NCBI GenBank assembly: GCA_963787195.1 | Contig: CAWBCI010000042.1 | Location: 18,990-82,989, forward strand | DNA: 64,000 nt | Direction: 5' to 3' | Source of the DNA: an uncultured Bacteroidales bacterium | Lineage (GTDB): Bacteria > Bacteroidota > Bacteroidia > Bacteroidales > JAGOPY01 | Shown here: positions 55,503-62,750 of the stretch, one piece after another | Layout of the letters: each line of letters begins with the position of its first letter | Numbering within the stretch: position 1 is the stretch's first letter | Program-made: the position numbers and the translations under genes | The notes under the pieces: generated by a model | Told to the model about the DNA's origin: nothing | The model's input: only the letters and a program-made list of their open reading frames with translations | Databases searched by the model: none

Positions 55503-56192
55503 ATGATGAAAGCTGTTATATCTGGGGATATTGTTTCATTTACTAGTTTAAGTGTTGCTGGAAGGGAACTAGTTGAGGAAGCAATTAAAGAACTTATAAA
55601 GGAATTAAGAGAAAAATTAGGTACTTATTCACGAACTATAAAGGGTGATTATCTTGAATGTGTCATACCTAATCCTGAACAAGCACTTCGTGTAGCACTT
55701 GCAATTAAAAGTTTCATAAAATCAATTCCAATTGATGAAACACCTCTATACAAAACGAATAAAAGAGTCAAATTATTTAAGACCTATGGCATTCGTCTTG
55801 CAATTGGATATGGGGAGCTTAGTCGCTTTAATCCTAGTGAAGGAATAATTGATGGAGAAGCTATCTACCTATCAGGAAGGACAATAAATGAATTTTCCAC
55901 TTATAATAAAGAACGAATTGTAATTAAAAATACATTATTCTTTAACTCACGTGACAATTTACTTAACAAGCAAATTGAACCGCTCATAGCATTATTGGAT
56001 GTTTTAATAAGCAAAGCCACATCCAAGCAATGTAAGGTACTATATTTGAAGCTAATGGATAATAACGAAGAAGCTATCGCTTCAAAATTAAAAATATCCC
56101 AATCCGTAGTCAATCAACATTCTACAAGTATAGGATGGAATGCTATTGAAAAAGCGGTAACTTTTTTTAATGAATTAATTAAAAATAATTGA
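55503..56192 (+). CDS. SatD-like protein: degenerate class III nucleotidyl-cyclase-homology domain fused to a C-terminal sigma70-region-4/LuxR-like HTH
   Basis: 229 aa. KAVISGDIVSFTSL, RTIKGDYLECVI, IRLAIGYGEL and DGEAIYLSGRTINE align with the cyclase motifs FaDIvGFT, KtiGDa.ma.f, lRiGihtG and GdtVNlAsR. The C-terminal KQCKVLYLKLMDNNEEAIASKLKISQSVVNQH is HTH-like. Confidence 0.65.
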   Translation: MMKAVISGDIVSFTSLSVAGRELVEEAIKELIKELREKLGTYSRTIKGDYLECVIPNPEQALRVALAIKSFIKSIPIDETPLYKTNKRVKLFKTYGIRLAIGYGELSRFNPSEGIIDGEAIYLSGRTINEFSTYNKERIVIKNTLFFNSRDNLLNKQIEPLIALLDVLISKATSKQCKVLYLKLMDNNEEAIASKLKISQSVVNQHSTSIGWNAIEKAVTFFNELIKNN

Positions 56193-56193
56193 A

Positions 56194-56901
56194 ATGGACC
56201 TCAATCAATTATTGATTTTACAATTAATCGCTCATTTGATTTCTGATTTTACTTTTCAACCAGAAAGAATGTCAAATGATAAAAACGATTTAGGTTTTAA
56301 AAGTAAATTATTGAAATGGCATATACTTATAACATTTATCACGGCATGGTTATTTTCATTTCAATTTAATTTTGTATACGGTGCATTTGCTATTGCTATT
56401 TTACATGGGGTTGAAGACGGAATTAAAAAATACATTAAAGACAATATTATAATCGGAAGATATTCATTCTTCATAGACCAAATAATTCATTTAACTATTA
56501 TAATGCTAATAGTCTTACTATATAACAACTACTTTCAATTAAATCCGATATTTAATGTCACACTGGATGTGAAAACTTTATTGATAGTTGGGTGTTATAT
56601 TTTCAGTACCAAGCCTTCCAATATTTTTATAAAGGAGACATTCACAGCCTTTAAAATACAGGCAAGTACTTTGGGAAATGACGACCTTCCTAATGCTGGA
56701 AAACTAATAGGTATTATTGAGCGCTTTTTAGTACTCACATTTGTAATTCTAAATCAATTTGAAGCAGTTGGATTTCTCATCGCAGCAAAATCTATTTTAC
56801 GATTTAAGGACGACAATACAATAAAAACGGAATATGTTCTAATTGGTACAATGTTAAGCTTTGGAATTGCAATTGCCTTGGGAATAGTTATAAATCTTTA
56901 A
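56194..56901 (+). CDS. DUF3307 (SatE-like) polytopic membrane protein
   Basis: 235 aa; about 7 TM helices; start is 1 nt after the satD-like stop. SatD/DUF3307 is a conserved gene pair, named from the S. mutans sat locus. Confidence 0.65.
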   Translation: MDLNQLLILQLIAHLISDFTFQPERMSNDKNDLGFKSKLLKWHILITFITAWLFSFQFNFVYGAFAIAILHGVEDGIKKYIKDNIIIGRYSFFIDQIIHLTIIMLIVLLYNNYFQLNPIFNVTLDVKTLLIVGCYIFSTKPSNIFIKETFTAFKIQASTLGNDDLPNAGKLIGIIERFLVLTFVILNQFEAVGFLIAAKSILRFKDDNTIKTEYVLIGTMLSFGIAIALGIVINL

Positions 56902-57047
56902 GGGAATATAAAATTAGGCGCAATTGCTAATAAAAGCTATATGCAATGCGTGTTTCAGAGGGTATTTCATCAGCAGTTCTTCCTTGCAACACGTCCAATT
57001 CGTCTTTGACGATTGGCAAAAAAAGTAAATTTGAAAAAGCGAATTGG

Positions 57048-57079
57048 CTCAGTGCTCCGCTTCAGCATTTGTGCTGAAA
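57048..57079 (+). repeat. Repeat family C core, copy 1 (hairpin TCAGCA-TTTG-TGCTGA)
   Basis: CTCAGTGCTCCGCTTCAGCATTTGTGCTGAAA versus 60109-60140 TTCAGTACTCCTCCTCAGCATTTGTGCTGAAA. Weaker similarity extends ~100 nt upstream (56945-57047 versus 60050-60108). Confidence 0.7.
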
Positions 57080-57106
57080 AAAAATAAATATTTTAAAATT
57101 CACCTT

Positions 57107-58039
57107 ATGCCAAATACTAAAAATGTTTCATCCTATAAAACAGGATATATTGATGTTCCGGACGGACATAAACTCTATTTCGAATTATACGGGAACCCCA
57201 GGGGCATCCCGGTTTTGTTCCTACACGGGGGGCCCGGTGCGGGTTTTTCGGATAAGGACAAGCAGTTTTTCAATAAGAGAAGGTACAATGTCATTTTCTT
57301 CGACCAGAGAGGATCCTCCAGGAGCATTCCTTTTGGTTCGATTCAGAATAATACCACGCAGGATCTTGTGAAAGATATCAGTATCGTTTTAGATCACTTA
57401 AATTTTGATAAAGTTTATGTTTTCGGGGGTTCCTGGGGTAGTACGCTTGCATTGGTCTATGCTATCCATCATCCCGGGCGGGTGCTGGGTTTGATTTTAA
57501 GAGGCATCTGGCTGGCCAACAAATACGGCCTGGACCATTATATCCGGGGCGGGATCAGGGAATTCTTCCCGGATGTATGGGAAAGGTTTGCAAAGTTGGT
57601 TAAGGAGGGTGAAAATCCGGTGGATTATTATTTTGACAAGATGATGTCGGGAGATGAAAAGACCAGTGATAAGTATGCCTATGAATGGGCCTATTATGAA
57701 ATGTCATTTTATACCATCAATAAAATTTCAAATACGGATGAGAACGTCAGGTCTTTTTCATATAAATCCCTGGCCATTTTAGAGGCCTATTACATTAAGA
57801 ATAATTGTTTTTTGCCTGAAGATTTTATCATGAAGAATGTGGATAAGATCAAAGATATCAAAACCACCATAGTCCAGGGACGCTACGATTTTATTTGTCC
57901 GCCGGTACAGGCTTTCAGGCTCCATTCCGGACTGAATAATTCCAGCCTGAACATAGTAAATGCCGGACATTCATCCTCCGATATTGAAATTAAAAAGGGC
58001 CTGATAAGAGAGCTTAAACGCATTACCACGGGGAGATAA
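57107..58039 (+). CDS. pip: Proline iminopeptidase (alpha/beta hydrolase, S33)
   Basis: YFELYGNPRGIPVLFLHGGPG, nucleophile elbow GGSWGSTLAL. Start assigned to ATG 57107 (MPNTKN..). Confidence 0.85.
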   Translation: MPNTKNVSSYKTGYIDVPDGHKLYFELYGNPRGIPVLFLHGGPGAGFSDKDKQFFNKRRYNVIFFDQRGSSRSIPFGSIQNNTTQDLVKDISIVLDHLNFDKVYVFGGSWGSTLALVYAIHHPGRVLGLILRGIWLANKYGLDHYIRGGIREFFPDVWERFAKLVKEGENPVDYYFDKMMSGDEKTSDKYAYEWAYYEMSFYTINKISNTDENVRSFSYKSLAILEAYYIKNNCFLPEDFIMKNVDKIKDIKTTIVQGRYDFICPPVQAFRLHSGLNNSSLNIVNAGHSSSDIEIKKGLIRELKRITTGR

Positions 58040-58265
58040 GATTTCAGATTTCAGATAAGGGATCCGTCAAATCAGAACTTTCTTAAGAAAAGCCGGAAAA
58101 CTCCTGAAAATGAGGGTATAAATAATTTGGAAATCCGGATAAAGCCTGTTAAATTTATTGTCAGTTAAGCACCGGGTTTGAAGAAATCTACTCTGTTAGG
58201 AATTGCAGATTCTTGAAGCCTTCTTATTAAAGAGGTATAGCCTTAGCTTTACGGATGGATAGGGA
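58040..58265 (+). repeat. Repeat family R1, copy 2 (starts at the pip stop codon)
   Basis: ATTTCAGATTTCAGATAAGGGATCCGTCAAATCAGAACTTTCTTAAGAAAAGCCGG..AAAACTCCTGAAAATGAGGGTATAAATAATTTGGAAATCCGGATAAAGCC.. aligns to copies 1, 3 and 4. Confidence 0.8.
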
Positions 58266-58435
58266 GAATATATTGCTGCCGGATTGAGATACACAATCTT
58301 AGGCCTTATTCATAAATTAAGATTCAAACTTTAAGTGCAATTATCATAAGTTCTCAAAAAATAAAACAATCCATTGAAAGACAAACAATTGTAAATATAT
58401 ATATTCAATTTTTTACCCTTTTAAAAGGAGCTTTT

Positions 58436-59038
58436 ATGAAATATCTGACAATCTTGCTTATTGCTATGTGCCTTACCTTTCAGGCGCAATCTCAAAATGA
58501 AATTCATCTTCTAAACAGCGATTCAACACTGACTTTTAAAAAAATAAGATTTTCAAAAGAATCAATTAGGATTCTCCCAATGGAAAAAGGAAAAGCAAGT
58601 ATTAGTTTTTCAAATAAGGAGATTTATTACGTAAATATGAAAGGTATTCATTATGGGCCGGCGGCAAAAGGATATTTTAAAGTAAAGGATGTATTGTTTC
58701 AAAATGAAATTTCTAAACAGGCTGCTTTGGATGCTTGCAGGAATTACACGAATTATAAAAGCGCTGCAACCGGAACCTTTTGTACTACGTTTTTCACAGG
58801 TCCTATTTTAGGTTTAATCCCAGCTATATCAACATCATCAACCCCACCAAAACTTTCAAATCTGAATATACCTGATACTAAGTTAAAGGATGTCGAATCA
58901 TATATTACAAGTTACAGAATGCAAGCTAAAAATATGAAGTCGAGCCGTGTTTGGAACAATTATGCCTCTGGTATTATTTATGCAATCTTAATAAGCGTCA
59001 CTGCAAACCTTATAATAATTATGTCTTCAGCAGGATAA
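58436..59038 (+). CDS. Hypothetical secreted/membrane protein (signal peptide, two C-terminal TM segments)
   Basis: 200-aa ORF; MKYLTILLIAMCLTFQAQS signal. No family recognised. Confidence 0.5.
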   Translation: MKYLTILLIAMCLTFQAQSQNEIHLLNSDSTLTFKKIRFSKESIRILPMEKGKASISFSNKEIYYVNMKGIHYGPAAKGYFKVKDVLFQNEISKQAALDACRNYTNYKSAATGTFCTTFFTGPILGLIPAISTSSTPPKLSNLNIPDTKLKDVESYITSYRMQAKNMKSSRVWNNYASGIIYAILISVTANLIIIMSSAG

Positions 59039-59206
59039 TAATTTAAATCTCACCTTTTTTATTATTCATGGTTTGAATGAAATTAGATCTTCCATTGACT
59101 ATAATCTAAATTAAATTTAAGGTAGATGTTAAGGAGAAGGAACTGAAATTTACAGATGCATATTGACATTTGAGTTGAAACAATAGTAAGTCCCGGACTG
59201 TGGCTG

Positions 59207-59495
59207 CCGGCGGGGCCCATAGAATTTCAGATTTCAGATTTCAGATTTTCGAGATCAGTCATATCAGAACTTTCCTGAGAAAACCCGGAATCCGCTTAAA
59301 TCAGGATACTGAAAACTCCAGAAAATGAGGGCGTTAATAATTTGGAAATCGGGATAAAGTATATTAAATTTATTGCTGGTTAAGCGCTGGGTTAGAAAAA
59401 TCCTCCACATCTAATTTTAAAGGTCTCTCTTGGCCAAAAGGACGATGGGCTGTGGATACCTTTATAGAGAGGCAAGGAAGAAATAAAGACAACAT
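59207..59495 (+). repeat. Repeat family R1, copy 3 (includes a short porP/sprF 3'-end relic)
   Basis: Begins CCGGCGGGGCCCATAGAATTTCAG.., the counterpart of ACCGGAGGGGCACATGAAATTTCTG (TGGAHEIS) in the intact gene. About 92% identical to copy 4. Confidence 0.85.
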
Positions 59496-59553
59496 GGTTG
59501 ATATAGACAAACATTAGAAGCAAGCAAAAACATATTCACCTAAATCTAAATTT

Positions 59554-60033
59554 ATGACAAATATTCTCAATGTCGACATAGATTATCCAAAGCCGTATGT
59601 GGTTGAAAGTTTTAAAAATGGAAGGTTTATAAAAACCCCGATTCATTCTGGAACGCCCTTGTACAGGATTGTATCTAAAGAAGACCAAATTAATAATGTG
59701 AGAGGTAATAATTTTGTTAGCGGAGAATTTTGGTTTGACCATGATACATTTTTAAAGATCTCTTCGGAAGTTAACTATGAGGTACCATCAAAATCCATTA
59801 CAGACTTGTCACGACATGGTTTAGCTATAACTTCGAAATTTAGTATGACAGCTGACTCCATTATTGGTGTTACCTTATTGCAAGAGGTATATGCATGGAA
59901 GGGTACGGCAGCCAAGCAATTGGAGACATACAAAAATGGAATAAAACAATTATATCACGGGGGATTGACACAGCTCTGGATACCTAACTTAAACGAAAAA
60001 ATCGTCAGGTATAGATTTTTTCACACAATTTAG
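59554..60033 (+). CDS. Hypothetical 159-aa protein
   Basis: ATG ORF with coding-like composition. No signal peptide and no family recognised. Confidence 0.45.
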   Translation: MTNILNVDIDYPKPYVVESFKNGRFIKTPIHSGTPLYRIVSKEDQINNVRGNNFVSGEFWFDHDTFLKISSEVNYEVPSKSITDLSRHGLAITSKFSMTADSIIGVTLLQEVYAWKGTAAKQLETYKNGIKQLYHGGLTQLWIPNLNEKIVRYRFFHTI

Positions 60034-60108
60034 GTAGCCTGCAGTTAACAGCACATCTGCAATAGGCGGGGTTTCGTGCTCCAAAGACAGTTTTGTGGTT
60101 AGAGAAAG

Positions 60109-60140
60109 TTCAGTACTCCTCCTCAGCATTTGTGCTGAAA
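60109..60140 (+). repeat. Repeat family C core, copy 2
   Basis: See 57048-57079. Here it abuts the 5' truncation point of the porP/sprF relic. Confidence 0.7.
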
Positions 60141-60346
60141 GCTCCACCCATCGCAAATCCGCAAACATTTACCCTTGTCTGGAAAAACTTTAATAAGTTT
60201 AAAATCGGCTATAATTTCGATATTACCCTGTTAAAGATTAAAAGTTAACCGGCGGGCCCCATAGAATTTCAGATTTGAATTCAGATTTCAGATTTTCGAG
60301 ATCAGTCATATCAGAACTTTCCTGAGAAAACCCGGAATCCGCTTAA
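60141..60346 (+). pseudogene. 5'-truncated porP/sprF paralog relic (last ~65 codons, with internal stops)
   Basis: ..NPQTFTLVWKNFNKFKIGYNFDITLLKIKS*PAGPHRIS.. parallels ..NPDAIIALAGITYKSIKIGYSYDITMSQIKSYTGGAHEIS.. of 53922..55064. Confidence 0.7.
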
Positions 60347-60540
60347 ATCAGAATCCTGAAATCCCCTGAAAATGAGGGCATAAATAATTTGGAAATCGGG
60401 ATAAAGTATATTAAATTTATTGCTGGTTAAGCGCCGGGTTAGAAAAATCTTCCACATCTAATTTTAAAGGTCTCTCTTGGCCAAAAGGACGATGGGCTAT
60501 GGATACCTTCTCAGAGAGACAAGTAAGATATCAAGACACC
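60249..60540 (+). repeat. Repeat family R1, copy 4
   Basis: About 92% identical to 59207-59495 over ~290 bp. Confidence 0.85.
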
Positions 60541-60675
60541 TTATAGATTTATATAATCGTTGTAAAGCATTGACACATTGAATAGCATTTGCTCTACCTA
60601 AGAATAAAATCACTTTTCAAATTATCATATAAAAATAATATGTATCCCTATTTATTTATCTAAAAATTAACCCTT

Positions 60676-62166
60676 ATGAGAAAATTAAGATTTCTTTTTC
60701 CGGCAGCATTATTTAGCATTAGTTTGCTGTCTTTTGCAGGTCCCAATGAAGATTTAGTGAATGCCTGTAAACAAGGTGATTTGACCGCTGCTACTAAAGC
60801 CATTGATGCCGGGGCTGATGTTAATGCATTAGACGCAAGTGGAAATACACCAATTTGCAGTGCTTTTTTCTGGCCTGAAATAACGAATTTACTTCTGGAC
60901 AAAGGTGCAGATCCGAATGGAGGAAATTATCCGGCTTTGATTCAGGCATGTGCCGGATACTCAACCGAAGTGGTGAAAATGTTGCTTGATGCAGGGGCAG
61001 ATCCTAATAAACCAGGAATTACCGATCCCGCAGATACATACAGAGGCCTTATTGAGGTAGAAAAAGCAAAAGGGAAGAAAGCTAATAAAGCAATGATAAA
61101 GGCATGGGAAAGTGCCGTTGCCAGCGCCAAATCTACTACCACCTATCCGGCCAATGCATTTCTTGTTGGGACAAACCATACTCCTGCATTGAAAATGATG
61201 ATAGAAAAAGGAATGAAACTTGAATTTGATGATGGCAGCAATGCCCTGCAAACTTTTGTGACCTATTGTAATTCTAGAGAAATGCGCAAAGAGGCCTGGG
61301 CCCAAAGTGCAGCTGGCTATGCCAGATTTGGTTTTAAAGTGCCTGAGTGGGTGTCAAACCTTCCTGACGATAGAAATGGTACGGCTGTTGAAATGCTTGA
61401 TCTGCTTCTTTCAAAAAACATTGATATAAATAAATTAGATGCAAACGGATTTACCCCTCTCTGTGCAACACTTAAAGGAACAATTTTAGCTGTTGAAAAC
61501 ACCAGGTACGATAAAATAAATGTTTCTAAAAGGCTAATTGAAAAAGGTGCTGATGTTAATTTGTCTTCGACAATGACAGGTTCTAATTGGACATATTATC
61601 CAATATGTCTTGCGACAGAGATCGGAGATTTATCTCTTATGAAATTACTCGTTGAAAAAGGAGCTAATCTGGATAATACGGTTAGAGCCAGTACAGTTAC
61701 GCTATTTTCCCAATATGCTTCAATTATGGGAAATGGAGGCTCTGGATATACACCTGTAATTATAGCCATTCTTAAAGGCAATGCTGACGCAGTTAACTTT
61801 CTGATTGACCAGGGTGCAGATCTGACAATTGGTGTGGAAGGATTTGCCACACTTGAATCGGGTAAGGAAGGACTTAAATGTTTAACTATAGTTAAGAACA
61901 AATCTGCTATATATTGGGCAATCGAAAAGGGTGACGATGCAATATTTAATGCCGTTGGCGCAAAATTATCCGGAAAGAAACTTCCTGAGTTTTCAGTGAG
62001 ACAAATGTCAGATGTTGGAGATGCAAAGGATAATACTATGACAGAATCATGGCATTGTGTGAAGTTCAAAAAAGCAAGCTATCCTCCCTATGAATATGCA
62101 GAACTGATAGGTAATGAATCCGCTGTTAAATACTTATCAGGAGTAAAATTAGAGTTAAGAAAATAA
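60676..62166 (+). CDS. Secreted ankyrin-repeat protein
   Basis: 496 aa; signal peptide MRKLRFLFPAALFSISLLSFAG; several ANK units (DASGNTPICSA..LLLDKGADPN, DANGFTPLCATL, LIEKGADVN, LVEKGANLD, LIDQGADL). Confidence 0.75.
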   Translation: MRKLRFLFPAALFSISLLSFAGPNEDLVNACKQGDLTAATKAIDAGADVNALDASGNTPICSAFFWPEITNLLLDKGADPNGGNYPALIQACAGYSTEVVKMLLDAGADPNKPGITDPADTYRGLIEVEKAKGKKANKAMIKAWESAVASAKSTTTYPANAFLVGTNHTPALKMMIEKGMKLEFDDGSNALQTFVTYCNSREMRKEAWAQSAAGYARFGFKVPEWVSNLPDDRNGTAVEMLDLLLSKNIDINKLDANGFTPLCATLKGTILAVENTRYDKINVSKRLIEKGADVNLSSTMTGSNWTYYPICLATEIGDLSLMKLLVEKGANLDNTVRASTVTLFSQYASIMGNGGSGYTPVIIAILKGNADAVNFLIDQGADLTIGVEGFATLESGKEGLKCLTIVKNKSAIYWAIEKGDDAIFNAVGAKLSGKKLPEFSVRQMSDVGDAKDNTMTESWHCVKFKKASYPPYEYAELIGNESAVKYLSGVKLELRK

Positions 62167-62203
62167 ATCTAAAAATATTTACTTAACTATTATATTTATC
62201 CAG

Positions 62204-62578
62204 AATTTCGGTCCCGAAAAAAATTGAGCCAATCTTTACACGACGGGACGCCTTGAATATTTGATTTTGCAAGAGGCACTGAATGCACTTTCCTCTGACT
62301 TGAGCTGATTGTGCCGCTGCTACGCAGCTCTTAATTTTATTTTTACTACGAAATTCTATATACATGTCGCAGCTACACAGCTCCTACTTTAAATAGTTCT
62401 GAAAACGAATTATTAACGTGATAATGAATGTGTTTTTAAATGCCACATTGGAATCGATTTTGAAAATGTGAGCGCCGTAGGCGCGACATGTTTATAGCAA
62501 TGATGGGAGAAAGAATTTTCAGGAGCTCCGTAGGACTGGTATGATATGAACAGCATGAATTACTGATGCTGTAATTAT
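62204..62578 (+). repeat. Repeat family B, copy 2 (long form)
   Basis: 62204-62365 is ~90% identical to 63837-64000. The core 62289-62578 aligns to the reverse complement of 22937-23293. Confidence 0.85.
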
Positions 62579-62607
62579 AAAAGCTAAAGCTTAGATTTGT
62601 ATAACAG

Positions 62608-62641
62608 GAGCCGTATGACGGGAGACTATCACCTACGATTC
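62608..62641 (+). mobile_element. Group II intron domain V-like 34-mer (degenerate relic)
   Basis: GAGCCGTATGACGGGAGACTATCACCTACGATTC versus yeast ai5-gamma D5 GAGCCGUAUGCGAUGAAAGUCGCACGUACGGUUC: same 34-nt length, AGC triad, GNRA loop (GAGA), AC bulge, 24/34 identities. Three of 14 helix pairs are mismatched. Confidence 0.4.
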
Positions 62642-62750
62642 TGTGAGAGGCCTGGGCTGAAATTACCCTTGCCCGCTCGATACAAACCCTTATGGGTAAT
62701 TTTTCTAAAACGATAATATACTAAAAATCAAAATTGTAACTAATCAAAAA

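Noticed and set aside
59284-59392. Integron attC-like site inside repeat R1. An imperfect inverted repeat (AACCCGGAATCCGCTTAA ... TTAAGCGCTGGGTT) lies ~90 bp apart, and GTTAAGC fits the R' consensus GTTRRRY.
   Set aside because: The left arm is GCTTAAA rather than RYYYAAC, and it is missing from copies 1 and 2. It corresponds to the stop-codon region of the porP/sprF relic. No intI gene is present, and the module lies 5' rather than 3' of the cassette ORFs.
59554-60033. The 159-aa orphan as an H-Y-E type ADP-ribosyltransferase toxin (IHSGT.., GEFWF.., ..LLQEVY.. in roughly the right order).
   Set aside because: The match rests on three very short, degenerate motifs recalled from memory. There is no adjacent immunity-like gene and no N-terminal delivery domain. 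It is not supportable without a profile search.
62183-62365. 60-aa minus-strand ORF inside the long form of element B.
   Set aside because: The homologous stretch in the second copy (63837-64000) carries an in-frame stop and radical substitutions. The conservation is therefore at the nucleotide level, not the protein level.
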